From Eubacterium sp. CAG:274 (GTDB lineage: Bacteria; Bacillota; Clostridia; Lachnospirales; CAG-274), in assembly GCA_000432155.1 (NCBI GenBank), contig FR888502.1, forward strand, positions 16,614 to 80,613: a stretch of 64,000 nt of DNA, given 5' to 3'. How positions within the stretch are numbered: the first letter of the stretch is position 1; every line of letters starts with the position of its first letter. The notes beneath the pieces are model-generated. The model saw nothing but the letters and a program-made list of their open reading frames with translations, ran no database searches and was not told where the DNA came from. A program made the translations under genes and the position numbers. Below, in pieces: positions 51,917-62,605 of this stretch.

Positions 51917-52266
51917 AATAGTGATTTCACTCCTGCTATAATCATTATTCCACCAAAAATGTAGTGTAGATATTTGACAGATATTTTGTTTAGTAATTTT
52001 GCTCCAGTCAATCCACCGGCTATGCCACCAATGGAAACAAGTCCTAAGGTTTTAAGGTCAATATGAAGTTTATAGTAATACAAAAAGGCACTTATAACAG
52101 TCAGAGGCAGTATAATGGCTATGGCTGTTGCGTGGGCTTTGTGAGGTTCTGTTTTCATAAATTTTTCAAGACAGGGAACAACAACAGTACCACCACCAGA
52201 GCCTAAAAAGCCGTTGGCAATACCTGTTATTATGCCTATAATACAGGGTAAAATTTTATTTTTCAT
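51907..52266 (-). CDS. TauE/SafE (DUF81) family membrane protein, half-size (N-terminal-type repeat)
   Basis: 4 TM and GFLGSGGGT; 119 aa. It overlaps the downstream half by 10 nt in a different frame. Confidence 0.65.
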   Translation of the reverse strand: MKNKILPCIIGIITGIANGFLGSGGGTVVVPCLEKFMKTEPHKAHATAIAIILPLTVISAFLYYYKLHIDLKTLGLVSIGGIAGGLTGAKLLNKISVKYLHYIFGGIMIIAGVKSLLWR

Positions 52267-52386
52267 ATTTTTCTCCTTTTTATTTGTTATAACCTAGTAT
52301 AACCAGTAAAATAGGCAATATGCTCACTTGTAAAAAAGGCTGTTTTGTGATACTATAAAATAGATTAATTATGGAGGTTTTAGGCT

Positions 52387-53361
52387 ATGGAATGGAAAGA
52401 AGTAAAAATATATACAACTACAGAGGGTATTGAGCCAGTAAGTGCTATGCTTTTAGAAACTGGTGTAACTGGTATTCAGGTAGAAGATGACAGAGAATTA
52501 AAGGAATATCTTAATACAAGTAGCGAATTTTGGGACTATGTAGACGAAGAACTTTTAAACAAGCCTATTGGAGAAACTAAGGTTACAGTTTATGTAAGTG
52601 AAAATCCTTATGGCCACGAAATATTTTTAAATATTAAGGCTGGCGTTGAAAGATTAAAGTCAATGGATATAGGTCTTGATTTAGGTAGACTTGCCATTGA
52701 AATAAAGAGCAACTTAGATGACCAGGAATGGCTTAACAAGTGGAAAGAATTTTATAAGCCTTTCTGTGTAGGTAACAGAATTTTTGTAAAGCCTGTTTGG
52801 GAAGATATGGAAGCTCCAGACGGCAGAGTTACATTTAAAATTAACCCTGGTCATGTTTTTGGTACAGGTCTTCATCAGACTACACAGCTTTGTATGTTAC
52901 AGCTTGAAAAATATATTGATGAAAATTCAGTTGTAGCCGATTTAGGTTGTGGTAGTGGTATTCTTTCTGTTGTAGCACTTTTACTTGGTGCAAAGAGTGC
53001 CTTTGCTGTTGATATTGATGCAAATGCTATTAAAACAGCTTATGAAAATGCTGACCTTAGTGGTGTAGACAAGAGCAAATACTATGTTACAAGTGGTAAT
53101 GTAATTGATGATAAGGCTTTACAGGACGAAATCGGTTATGACAAGTACGATGTTGTTGTAGCAAATATTATTGCCGATGTTATTTGTGCCATTAGTCCAG
53201 TTGTTCCAAAACAGCTTAAAAAGGGTGGCGTATTTATTGCCTCTGGTATTATTAAGGATAGAATTGACGATGTTTACAAGGCACTTGCTGAAGTTGGTTT
53301 AAAGGTTATAGATACTTCTATAAAGGACGAATGGGTATCTATTACATCTATTAAGGAGTGA
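52387..53361 (+). CDS. prmA: Ribosomal protein L11 methyltransferase
   Basis: PrmA N-domain plus SAM-binding motif DLGCGSGILS. Confidence 0.9.
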   Translation: MEWKEVKIYTTTEGIEPVSAMLLETGVTGIQVEDDRELKEYLNTSSEFWDYVDEELLNKPIGETKVTVYVSENPYGHEIFLNIKAGVERLKSMDIGLDLGRLAIEIKSNLDDQEWLNKWKEFYKPFCVGNRIFVKPVWEDMEAPDGRVTFKINPGHVFGTGLHQTTQLCMLQLEKYIDENSVVADLGCGSGILSVVALLLGAKSAFAVDIDANAIKTAYENADLSGVDKSKYYVTSGNVIDDKALQDEIGYDKYDVVVANIIADVICAISPVVPKQLKKGGVFIASGIIKDRIDDVYKALAEVGLKVIDTSIKDEWVSITSIKE

Positions 53362-53365
53362 TACT

Positions 53366-54094
53366 GTGCCTAAATTCTTTGTAAACAAAAACAATATTTC
53401 TGACCATACAGTAACTCTTGACGGAGATAATGCAAGACATATTGCCATGGTTCTTCGTGGCAAAGTTGGCGACGAAATAACTGTAGGCGACGGAGAGGGC
53501 AGAGATTATACCTGTAAACTTACTGAAATAGATAAGAAATGCGTAACAGCTGAAATTACAGATATTTTTACAAATGACAATGAGCCAAAAGTAAAAATAA
53601 CTTTATTTCAGGGACTTCCAAAGGCTGACAAAATGGAGCTTGTAATACAGAAGTGTATTGAAATAGGCGTTGACTCTATTGTTCCAGTAAAAACTGAACA
53701 TACAGTTGTAAAATTAGATGGTAAAGAAGAAAAGAAAATTGCTCGTTGGAATAAAATAGCAGAGTCAGCAGCAAAACAATGTGGCAGAGGTAAAATACCT
53801 GTTGTTGAAAATGTTATGACTTTTAAGCAGGCTGTTGAAAAAGCAAAAAGCCTTGATATGGCAATAATTCCTTACGAAAAGGAAGAAAAGAATACACTTA
53901 AAGCTGTTACAAAGGAATTTAAAGGTACTTCTATAGGTGTTTTCATTGGTCCAGAGGGTGGTTTTTCAAATGATGAAATTGCTCTTGCGGGAGAAAATGG
54001 CATAACTTCTGTTACTCTCGGAAAGAGAATATTGAGAACAGAAACTGCCGGTCTTGTAACATCAGTTATTTTGCTTTACGAATTGGAGGAATAA
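53366..54094 (+). CDS. rsmE: 16S rRNA (uracil1498-N3)-methyltransferase
   Basis: RsmE family (PUA-like N-terminus, SPOUT C-terminus, GPEGGFS). Confidence 0.9.
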   Translation: MPKFFVNKNNISDHTVTLDGDNARHIAMVLRGKVGDEITVGDGEGRDYTCKLTEIDKKCVTAEITDIFTNDNEPKVKITLFQGLPKADKMELVIQKCIEIGVDSIVPVKTEHTVVKLDGKEEKKIARWNKIAESAAKQCGRGKIPVVENVMTFKQAVEKAKSLDMAIIPYEKEEKNTLKAVTKEFKGTSIGVFIGPEGGFSNDEIALAGENGITSVTLGKRILRTETAGLVTSVILLYELEE

Positions 54095-54096
54095 AA

Positions 54097-55233
54097 GTGA
54101 TTTACTTTGACAATGGTTCAACAACTAAAATTAGTGAGCCTGTCTATGAAAAATTATGCGATTTTTTGAAAAATAATTTTGCTAATCCGTCATCACTTCA
54201 CAGTATAGGTTTTGAGGCTGAAAAGGAATTAATAGAGGCCAGAAAGAAAGTGGCAAATGCCCTTAATGTTACTCCAGATGAAATTTATTTTACAAGTGGT
54301 GGAACAGAGGCAAATAATACAGCTGTTTTAGGTATTGCTGAGGCATACAAAAAGAGAGGTAATAAGGTTATTACTTCAAATATTGAACATCCCTCTGTAG
54401 CTGACAGCTTTAAAGAGTTAGAGGCAAGAGGTTTTGAAGTTGTTACACTTAATGCTGATGAAAAGGGTTATATTAATCTTGAAGAATTGGAAAGAGAAGT
54501 AGACGAAAATACAATTCTTGTCAGCATAATGTATGTAAATAATGAAGTTGGTACTGTTCAGCCTATAGAAAAAATTGCAGAAATTATAAAAAGTAAAAAT
54601 AAAAATTGTATTTTCCATACAGATTGCGTTCAGGCCTTTGGCAAGCACCCTATAAATGGCAAACATTTTGATGCTATTTCTGTAAGTGGTCATAAAATAC
54701 ATTGTCCAAAGGGTGTAGGTGTTTTATATCTCAGAAAAGGTGTAAGAGCCAAAAATCTCCACTTTGGCGGTGGTCAGGAAAAGGGCTTCAGACCGGGTAC
54801 AGAAAACACAGGGTCTATTGTGGCTATGGGTCTTGGTGCTGAAATAGTTAAAAGAGATTTGGAAAAGAATTTTGAAAAAGTTAAGGCTGTTAAGGAAAAG
54901 TTAATGACTATTTGCGATATTTTGCCAGATGTTTATGTAAACGGCGATAGTGAAAATGGTAGTCCTTACATATTGAATTTAAGTTTTGAAGGAGTAAAGG
55001 GAGAAGTTCTCTTACACGCCCTTGAAAATTACGAGATATATGTAGCAACAGGTTCAGCTTGTTCAAGCAGGGCTAAAGAAAAGAAGAAAATAGTTGATTA
55101 CTTAATTGACGGCAGAGGTTCTAGTACAGTTCGTTTTAGCTTTGATTGTGAAAACACAGTTGAAGAAGCTGAAAAGGTAATTGAGGTTTTAAAGGAACAA
55201 GTTCCTATGCTTAGAATGTTCCAGCCAAGATAA
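54097..55233 (+). CDS. Cysteine desulfurase (class V aminotransferase; NifS/IscS-like partner of ThiI)
   Basis: PLP site SGHKIHCPKGVG; an active-site Cys is present near the C-terminus (GSACSS); GTG start. Confidence 0.85.
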   Translation: MIYFDNGSTTKISEPVYEKLCDFLKNNFANPSSLHSIGFEAEKELIEARKKVANALNVTPDEIYFTSGGTEANNTAVLGIAEAYKKRGNKVITSNIEHPSVADSFKELEARGFEVVTLNADEKGYINLEELEREVDENTILVSIMYVNNEVGTVQPIEKIAEIIKSKNKNCIFHTDCVQAFGKHPINGKHFDAISVSGHKIHCPKGVGVLYLRKGVRAKNLHFGGGQEKGFRPGTENTGSIVAMGLGAEIVKRDLEKNFEKVKAVKEKLMTICDILPDVYVNGDSENGSPYILNLSFEGVKGEVLLHALENYEIYVATGSACSSRAKEKKKIVDYLIDGRGSSTVRFSFDCENTVEEAEKVIEVLKEQVPMLRMFQPR

Positions 55234-55243
55234 AGGAGAAAAT

Positions 55244-56419
55244 ATGAAAAAGGTACTTTTGGTCAAGTATGGCGAAATTGCTATGCGTGGCAAAAATAGA
55301 TATTTAGTAGAAAACAGACTTATAACTACTATTATAAACAGACTTAAAGATTACGAGGGCTACAAGGTTTATAAGGAACAGGGTAGAATACTTGTTCTCA
55401 ACGAAATTACTGATGTAGATTATGACACAGTAGTTCCTCTTGTAGTAAATATATTAGGTGTTACAGCAGTATGCCCTTGTTGGGAAGTAGATGACCAGTC
55501 TATTGAAAATTTAAGAGAAGTTGCTTTACAGCAGTTTAAGGAAAGCTATCCTAACGGTGGAGTTTCTTTCAAGGTTGTGACAAAGCGTTCTGACAAGAGA
55601 TACCCTATGACAGGTAATGAAGTAAGTGCAGAAGTAGGTGGATATATTCTCAACAATATGCCAAATCTTACTGTTGATGTTCACGAGCCGGAAGTTAAGT
55701 TGATGGTAGAATTGAGAAATAATGCCTATATTTATAGCAAACTTATTTATGGCTTTGGTGGCTTGCCATATGGTGCATCAGGCAGAGCTACTGTACTTAT
55801 GTCAGGCGGTATAGATAGTCCAGTTGCAGCATTCCTTACTGCTAAAAGAGGTGTAGAAGTGGAGGCTGTTTACTTTGATTCTCCACCTTATACATCAGAA
55901 AGAGCAAAGCAGAAAGTTTTAGATTTAGCAGAAAGAGTTGCAGTATTTACAGGTAGTTTTAAACTTTATGTTGTGCCATTTACTAAAACTCAGCTTACAA
56001 TTTACCAAAATACTCCACCAGAAAAAATGACTATACTTTTAAAGAGAGCAATGCTCAAGGCTGCTAGACTTGTAGCAGAGAAAAATAAGAGTATGGCACT
56101 TGTAACAGGAGATAGTATTGGTCAGGTAGCAAGTCAGACTATGCACGCAATAAATGCTATTGATTCAGCTGTAACAGATATGCCTGTTCTTCGTCCTCTT
56201 TGTGCTATGGATAAACAGGAAATAGTAGATTGGGCAAGAAAAATAGGTACTTTTGATATTTCAATAAGACCATATGAAGATTGTTGTACAGTTTTCGTAG
56301 CAAAACACCCAGAAACTAAGCCAAAAAAATCTATAATAGAAAATATAGAAAGAAAAATTGAAGGTCTTGATGAACTTATTGAACAGGCTGTAGAAGAAAG
56401 TAAAATATACGAATTTTAA
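55244..56419 (+). CDS. thiI: tRNA 4-thiouridine synthase / thiamine biosynthesis protein ThiI
   Basis: THUMP domain plus PP-loop SGGIDS; 391 aa with no rhodanese domain. Confidence 0.9.
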   Translation: MKKVLLVKYGEIAMRGKNRYLVENRLITTIINRLKDYEGYKVYKEQGRILVLNEITDVDYDTVVPLVVNILGVTAVCPCWEVDDQSIENLREVALQQFKESYPNGGVSFKVVTKRSDKRYPMTGNEVSAEVGGYILNNMPNLTVDVHEPEVKLMVELRNNAYIYSKLIYGFGGLPYGASGRATVLMSGGIDSPVAAFLTAKRGVEVEAVYFDSPPYTSERAKQKVLDLAERVAVFTGSFKLYVVPFTKTQLTIYQNTPPEKMTILLKRAMLKAARLVAEKNKSMALVTGDSIGQVASQTMHAINAIDSAVTDMPVLRPLCAMDKQEIVDWARKIGTFDISIRPYEDCCTVFVAKHPETKPKKSIIENIERKIEGLDELIEQAVEESKIYEF

Positions 56420-56424
56420 AAACA

Positions 56425-56453
56425 AGGCATATTCCGAAAGGGGTATGCCTTTT
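56425..56453 (+). terminator. Intrinsic terminator after thiI
   Basis: AGGCATA-N12-TATGCCT followed by TTT. Confidence 0.45.
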
Positions 56454-56591
56454 GTAGTGTAGTAATATTATATTGTAATTTTTACTAAATTTGGAGAATA
56501 TAAATAGTGAAAATCCACTAATTGACAAAATTTTATCAAAGTGGTAGAATAGAATTGATAAAAAAATAACAAAGTTTTGGAGGGTTTTACT

Positions 56592-57692
56592 ATGGCTAGA
56601 ATTATTGGTTCACCAAGTCGTTATATACAGGGAAAAGGCACTCTTGCTGAAATTACTAAATATACTGAAAGATTAGGTAAAAAGTTACTTATTCTCGTTA
56701 GTAAAAGCGGTAAAAAGAGAGTAGAGGAGAAGATTAATAAGGCTGTTGAGGGGACAGATACTACGGTTGTATGGGAAATATTCAATGGGGAATGTTCAAA
56801 GAGCGAAGTTAATAGAATAGGGGAAAATTTAAAGAAAGAAAAATGTGATGTTGTAGTAGGTATTGGTGGGGGAAAAATACTTGATACTGCAAAGGCTGTT
56901 GCATATTATGAGGATATAGCTGTTGTTTGTGTGCCAACTGCTGCATCTACTGACGCACCTTGTTCAGCTTTATCAGTTCTCTATACTGATGACGGTCAGT
57001 TTGATGAATATTTATGGTTGCCAGCTAATCCGGACATAATTCTTTTGGATACAGATATTATTGTTGCTGCACCTGTAAGATTAATTGTTTCAGGTATGGG
57101 CGATGCTCTTGCAACATATTTTGAAACTAGAGCCTGTATGAGGTCAAATACTACTAGCTGTATGGGTGGTAGTGTTTCAAAGACAGCTATGGCACTTTCT
57201 GAACTTTGTTTCAAAACTCTTATGGAAGACGGAGCTAAGGCTTTACTTGCTGTAAATGCTGGTGCTTGTACTCCTGCTGTTGAAAATATTATTGAGGCTA
57301 ATACTTATCTTTCTGGCATTGGCTTTGAAAGTGGTGGTATTGCTGCTGCTCATGCTATTCACAATGGTCTTACTTGTATAGAAGAAACACATGGTATGTA
57401 CCATGGCGAAAAGGTTGCCTTTGGTGTACTTTCTCAGCTTGTATTGGAAAATGTTTCAACTGAGGATTTAGAAGAAGTTGTTGAATTCTGTATCAACATT
57501 GGCTTACCAGTTACATTTGAAGAATTAGGTATTAAGAAACTTGATGAAGAAAAACTTATGGAGGCAGCAACTCTTGCTTGTGCTGAAGGGGATACAGCTC
57601 ACAATATGCCTTTTGAAGTTACTCCTGAAAGTGTGTACAATGCTATGCTTGCAGCTGACAGAATTGGTCACTACTACAAAGATTACGAATAA
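56592..57692 (+). CDS. gldA: Glycerol dehydrogenase (iron-containing ADH family)
   Basis: MARIIGSPSRYIQGKG start and GGGKILDTAK NAD motif. Start taken at the ATG after a GGAGGG RBS. Confidence 0.8.
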   Translation: MARIIGSPSRYIQGKGTLAEITKYTERLGKKLLILVSKSGKKRVEEKINKAVEGTDTTVVWEIFNGECSKSEVNRIGENLKKEKCDVVVGIGGGKILDTAKAVAYYEDIAVVCVPTAASTDAPCSALSVLYTDDGQFDEYLWLPANPDIILLDTDIIVAAPVRLIVSGMGDALATYFETRACMRSNTTSCMGGSVSKTAMALSELCFKTLMEDGAKALLAVNAGACTPAVENIIEANTYLSGIGFESGGIAAAHAIHNGLTCIEETHGMYHGEKVAFGVLSQLVLENVSTEDLEEVVEFCINIGLPVTFEELGIKKLDEEKLMEAATLACAEGDTAHNMPFEVTPESVYNAMLAADRIGHYYKDYE

Positions 57693-57707
57693 AATAAACT
57701 ACTTCAA

Positions 57708-57745
57708 TAAAAAAAGGACTTTGCGATTTTGCAAAGTCCTTTTTA
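57708..57745. terminator. Bidirectional terminator between gldA and tyrS
   Basis: AAAGGACTTTGC-N6-GCAAAGTCCTTT flanked by A- and T-runs. Confidence 0.5.
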
Positions 57746-57758
57746 TGTGTATACTAAA

Positions 57759-58985
57759 TTATTTAACCTTTAACTGGTGGAAAGTCTTTTTACCTTTCTG
57801 AATCATAATGATACCGTCTTCATCACACATTTCAGCAGTAATAACTGTACCAATATCAGTAACCTTTTCTTCGTTTACTCTTACGCCACCCTGCTGTACA
57901 AGGCGTCTGCCTTCACCTCTACTAGGGATAAGTTTACACTTTTCAAGAACTTCAATAATCTGTAAACCTTCGCCTAATTCGTCCTTAGTGATTTCAGTTG
58001 TTGGAACAGAGCCACCCTTTGCACCACCAGCAAATAAAGATTTAGCAGCTGTATCAGCCTTTTTAGCTTCTTCTTCGCCATGAACAAGAGCAGTAAGTTC
58101 GTAAGCAAGGATTTCCTTAGCCTTGTTAAGCTGGCTACCTTCCCACTTATCCATTTCGTCAATCTGTTCAAGAGGGAGGAAAGTGAGCATTCTGAGACAC
58201 TTTAATACATCAGCATCGGCAACATTTCTCCAGTACTGGTAGAAGTCATATGGAGAAGTTTTCTTAGGGTCAAGCCATACAGCACCTGACTGAGTTTTAC
58301 CCATCTTCTTACCTTCTGAATTAAGGAGAAGTGTAATAGTCATAGCATAAGCATCTTTACCTAACTTTCGTCTGATAAGTTCTGTACCACCGAGCATATT
58401 ACTCCACTGGTCATCGCCACCAAACTGCATATTACAACCATATTCCTTGTAAAGGTTGAAGAAGTCGTAACTCTGCATAATCATATAGTTAAATTCAAGG
58501 AAAGAAAGACCCTTTTCCATTCTCTGCTTGTAACATTCAGCTGTAAGCATTCTGTTTACACTAAAGTGAGCACCTACATCTCTTAAAAGTTCAATGTAGT
58601 TAAGATTCATAAGCCAGTCAGCATTGTTTACAAGAAGTGCCTTGCCGTCAGAAAAGTCAATAAATCTTTCCATCTGCTTTTTAAAGCAATCTACATTGTG
58701 CTGAATAGTTTCTGGTGTCATCATCTGACGCATATCAGTTCTGCCAGATGGGTCACCAACCATAGCTGTACCACCACCAATAAGGGCAATAGGCTTGTTA
58801 CCTGCCATCTGTAATCTCTTCATAAGGCAAAGAGCCATAAAGTGACCAACATGTAAACTGTCAGCAGTAGGGTCAAAACCAATGTAGAAAGTAGCTTTAC
58901 CATTGTTAATAAGTTCTTTGATTTCTTCTTCGTCTGTAAGCTGTGCAAGAAGACCTCTTGCCTTTAACTCGTCAAAAATAGTCAT
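57759..58985 (-). CDS. tyrS: Tyrosine--tRNA ligase
   Basis: HIGH motif (ADSLHVGHF), KMSKS-like KMGKT, and a C-terminal S4 domain. Confidence 0.95.
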   Translation of the reverse strand: MTIFDELKARGLLAQLTDEEEIKELINNGKATFYIGFDPTADSLHVGHFMALCLMKRLQMAGNKPIALIGGGTAMVGDPSGRTDMRQMMTPETIQHNVDCFKKQMERFIDFSDGKALLVNNADWLMNLNYIELLRDVGAHFSVNRMLTAECYKQRMEKGLSFLEFNYMIMQSYDFFNLYKEYGCNMQFGGDDQWSNMLGGTELIRRKLGKDAYAMTITLLLNSEGKKMGKTQSGAVWLDPKKTSPYDFYQYWRNVADADVLKCLRMLTFLPLEQIDEMDKWEGSQLNKAKEILAYELTALVHGEEEAKKADTAAKSLFAGGAKGGSVPTTEITKDELGEGLQIIEVLEKCKLIPSRGEGRRLVQQGGVRVNEEKVTDIGTVITAEMCDEDGIIMIQKGKKTFHQLKVK

Positions 58986-59260
58986 TGTTTTACCTCCGTT
59001 AATAAATAAAAAAGGGTATTCCCAATCCCAAAGGACGAGAATACCCGTGTTACCACCTTAATTCACAGACAAAAAATGCCTGCCTCAAACTCCCCATAAA
59101 GGAGGGACAACCTTTTTGCTCCAAAGCTGTAACTAACCTGAATTTACTGAGTTCCTTTCAGCCACCGGAACACTCTCTGGGTTGTAACAAAACAGGCATA
59201 TTGACTTTTTCATCGCAAATAACTGGAATAAATAATAACATATAAAAAATTTAATGTCAA
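58986..59260 (-). promoter_or_regulatory. T-box leader (tyrS)
   Basis: On the minus strand: promoter TTGACA-17-TATTAT; stem I with an AGAGA motif and a loop containing UAC; T-box sequence AATTAAGGTGGTAACACGG; terminator GGGTATTC...GAATACCC plus U6, directly before the tyrS RBS. Confidence 0.8.
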
Positions 59261-59262
59261 GA

Positions 59263-60138
59263 TTAGACAATGCTTTTCCAGTAAATTCTATTGTTTTCAA
59301 CATAGGTTTGGGCTTTACCTTGCTGTTGTAGGTATGTCAAATAACTTTTTAGTGTTGACTGAACAGTCATATACTGGCTATAGCCCATTTTGTAGCCCAA
59401 CCTATCGGCGACAGCCTTTGTTAATTCTTCTGGAGAAAGGGGAGTTTTACATTCTTCCCACACGATTTCAGCTACTTCATTTACAGTATTCTTATTTGCT
59501 TCAGCAATAGGTCTAAAGTCTTCAGTAGGTGTGCTATGAGCTGGAACATATATTTTAGCATTTACATTTAAAGCCTTGTCAATAGAGTTTAAAAAGCCGG
59601 CTATATCGTAAATGTATATTATTTTAGTTTTTCTAAATGTAATAGGGTCAACAACGCAATCTCCAACGAAGAATACATCGTCTGGAGTTTTTATGCCTAT
59701 CATATATCCAGTATGTCCAGGCAGAGGAATGTATTCAAGAGGTAAATCCGCCTTATCCAAATTTTCTCCGTAGTGGGGCTGATGAACATAGTACCTTGTA
59801 AGCATTTCTTTTGGTGGATTTGATGCACAGACAAAGGCTGGATTTAGAAAACTGTCATTCATAAAGGCTATATCATTGGAATTTGCATATACTTTACAGC
59901 CATATTTTTCTATAAGGCTTTGGTTGTTAAAAATATGGTCAGTATGAGAATGGGTATTTACAATAGCTTTTACATTCCAACCTTTTTCGTCTAATGTTCG
60001 CATAAGTCTTTTGCCTGATGATTTATCATCGCCACTATCTATAAGGCAAACATCTTTTTCGTTTAGTTTATAAATACCAACATTTGAAAAACAGTTAAAG
60101 CAATATGTGTTTTCTCCAAGCTGTGTTAAATCGTACAT
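59263..60138 (-). CDS. MBL-fold metallo-hydrolase
   Basis: HxHxDH motif (THSHTDH); 291 aa. Confidence 0.75.
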   Translation of the reverse strand: MYDLTQLGENTYCFNCFSNVGIYKLNEKDVCLIDSGDDKSSGKRLMRTLDEKGWNVKAIVNTHSHTDHIFNNQSLIEKYGCKVYANSNDIAFMNDSFLNPAFVCASNPPKEMLTRYYVHQPHYGENLDKADLPLEYIPLPGHTGYMIGIKTPDDVFFVGDCVVDPITFRKTKIIYIYDIAGFLNSIDKALNVNAKIYVPAHSTPTEDFRPIAEANKNTVNEVAEIVWEECKTPLSPEELTKAVADRLGYKMGYSQYMTVQSTLKSYLTYLQQQGKAQTYVENNRIYWKSIV

Positions 60139-60208
60139 AAAATCCCCCTATAAAATTATAAAAAATGGGAGGCTTTTGACCTCCCATAGTTATTCTAATA
60201 ATTAAAAA

Positions 60209-62155
60209 TTACCATCTTTTAGTCTTGTTTTTGATTTCTTCAGTAATTTCTTTGATGAAATCTTCAACAGCATAAGAGCCTAAATCTTCGCCCTTACATC
60301 TTACAGAAAGAGTATTGTCGGCAGCTTCCTTTTCGCCTACAACAACAATATAAGGTACTCTTTCGTTTCTTGCTTCTCTAATCTTGTAACCAATCTTTTC
60401 TGCTCTTGAGTCAGTTTCTACCTTGATACCAGCAGCCTTAAATTCAGCTTCAACCTTAGCAGCATAGTCAGCATACTTATCAGAAATAGGAAGAAGTTTA
60501 ACCTGAACAGGTGCAAGCCAAGTTGGGAAGTGACCTGCATACTTTTCAATAAGAAGGGCAAGTGTTCTTTCATAGCAACCTAAAGAAGTTCTGTGAATGA
60601 TGTATGGTCTCTTCTTCTGACCGTCCTTATCAATGTAGTACATATTAAACTGTTCAGCAAGTAACTGGTCAATCTGAATAGTAATAAGAGTATCTTCCTT
60701 ACCGAATACATTCTTAATCTGAATATCAAGCTTTGGACCATAGAAAGCAGCTTCATCAATACCTACAGTATAAGGAACACCTAAATGTTTAAGGATTCTT
60801 TCCATAGCACCCTGTGCTTCGTCCCACTGTTCAGCAGTACCAATGTACTTATCAGTATTGTTAGGGTCCCACTGAGAAAATCTAAAGCTAACATCTTCGT
60901 ATAAGCCTACAGTCTTTAACATAAATGTAGCAAGTTCAAGACAACCCTTGAATTCTTCTTCTAACTGGTCTGGTCTTAAAATTAAGTGACCTTCAGAAAT
61001 AGTGAACTGTCTTACTCTGATAAGACCGTGCATTTCGCCTGATGCTTCATTTCTGAAAAGTGTAGAAGTTTCGCCATATCTGCAAGGTAAATCCTTGTAG
61101 CTGTGCTGTTCTGCATTGTATACCATATACTGGAATGGGCAAGTCATAGGACGGAGAGCAAATACTTCGTCGTCCTTTTCTTCATCGCCAAGAACGAACA
61201 TACCGTCTTTGTAATGGTCCCAATGACCACTAATCTTGTAAAGGTCACTCTTAGCCATTAAAGGAGTCTTAGTTAATAAATAACCTCTCTTTTGTTCTTC
61301 GTCTTCAACAAATCTCTGTAAAGTCTGAACAATTCTTGCACCCTTTGGCATAAGAAGTGGAAGACCCTGACCAATAACATCAGTAGTAGTGAATAAGTGC
61401 ATTTCTCTACCTAACTTGTTGTGGTCACGAAGTTTAGCTTCTTCTCTTGCTTTTATAAATTCGTCAAGGTCAGCAGCCTTTGTAAATGCAGTAGCGTAAA
61501 TTCTAGCAAGCATTTTGTTCTTTTCGTTACCTCTCCAGTAAGCACCTGAAGAACCAGCTTCGTTAGTAATCTTAAATGCCTTAATTGGCTTAGTGCTCAT
61601 AAGGTGAGGGCCTGCACAAAGGTCAGTAAAGTCACCCTGCTTGTAGAAAGAAATAACAGCATCTTCAGGAAGGTCTTCAATAAGCTCTACCTTGTAAGGT
61701 TCGTCCTGTTCTTTCATAAACTTGATAGCTTCTTCTCTAGGAAGTTCATATCTTTCAATAGGAAGATTTTCTTTAACAATCTTCTTCATTTCTTTTTCGA
61801 TGTCAGCAAATTCTTCATTTGTAAAAGGCTTTCTGTCAAAATCATAGTAGAAACCTTCATCAGTTGCTGGTCCAATAGCGAGCTTAGTTTCTGGATATAA
61901 TCTCTTTACAGCCTGAGCCATAATGTGAGATGCTGTATGTCTGTAAGCCTTTTTACCCTCTGGAGAGTCAAAAGTACAAATTTCAACTGTGCAATCCTTT
62001 TCAACTGCATCTCTTAAATCTGCAACTTCGCCATCAATTTTGCCACAACATGCGTTTCTAGCAAGACCTTCGCTAAGGTCCTTTGCGATTTCAAGAATAG
62101 TAGTACCCTTAGCATATGCTTTAGAAGTACCGTCTTTTAATGTTACATTAACCAT
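60209..62155 (-). CDS. thrS: Threonine--tRNA ligase
   Basis: TGS domain, second additional domain, class II core and anticodon-binding domain; 648 aa. Confidence 0.95.
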   Translation of the reverse strand: MVNVTLKDGTSKAYAKGTTILEIAKDLSEGLARNACCGKIDGEVADLRDAVEKDCTVEICTFDSPEGKKAYRHTASHIMAQAVKRLYPETKLAIGPATDEGFYYDFDRKPFTNEEFADIEKEMKKIVKENLPIERYELPREEAIKFMKEQDEPYKVELIEDLPEDAVISFYKQGDFTDLCAGPHLMSTKPIKAFKITNEAGSSGAYWRGNEKNKMLARIYATAFTKAADLDEFIKAREEAKLRDHNKLGREMHLFTTTDVIGQGLPLLMPKGARIVQTLQRFVEDEEQKRGYLLTKTPLMAKSDLYKISGHWDHYKDGMFVLGDEEKDDEVFALRPMTCPFQYMVYNAEQHSYKDLPCRYGETSTLFRNEASGEMHGLIRVRQFTISEGHLILRPDQLEEEFKGCLELATFMLKTVGLYEDVSFRFSQWDPNNTDKYIGTAEQWDEAQGAMERILKHLGVPYTVGIDEAAFYGPKLDIQIKNVFGKEDTLITIQIDQLLAEQFNMYYIDKDGQKKRPYIIHRTSLGCYERTLALLIEKYAGHFPTWLAPVQVKLLPISDKYADYAAKVEAEFKAAGIKVETDSRAEKIGYKIREARNERVPYIVVVGEKEAADNTLSVRCKGEDLGSYAVEDFIKEITEEIKNKTKRW

Positions 62156-62484
62156 TTTAATTCCTCCATAAAAAATAACTGTGGTAAATAAGATTGGGGC
62201 AAATTTACCTAAAAATGTTTTTTACGGGTATAAAAAAATCCCTGCCAAAGCAGGGACGATAATAACCGTGGTTCCACCCAAATTGCACATAAAAGTGCCA
62301 CTTGTCAGCCTTTAACGGAGCAAACCGTGCTTTATTAAAGCCACTCAGAGGTGGTTTTCATAGTTGTCATGCAAGGATAATCACAGCACCATATCCCTCT
62401 CTGAATACATATTGACAAAAATTACTGTCCTCATCACCGTTTTCAATTCAAATTTAATTATATCATCAAAATTTTAAAAGTCAA
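62156..62484 (-). promoter_or_regulatory. T-box leader (thrS)
   Basis: On the minus strand: promoter TTGACT-16-TATAAT; T-box sequence AATTTGGGTGGAACCACGG; terminator GTCCCTGC-TTTG-GCAGGGA plus U7. Confidence 0.8.
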
Positions 62485-62605
62485 GAATATTTAAAAACAT
62501 AGTTAATTCTTTTAATTATGGCATAGTTGAACAAGCTAAAAAAGAGTAAAGATTGTTTACTCAGAATAAATTCGTTAAGGATAGGATTTTATAGTTAAAT
62601 TATTT

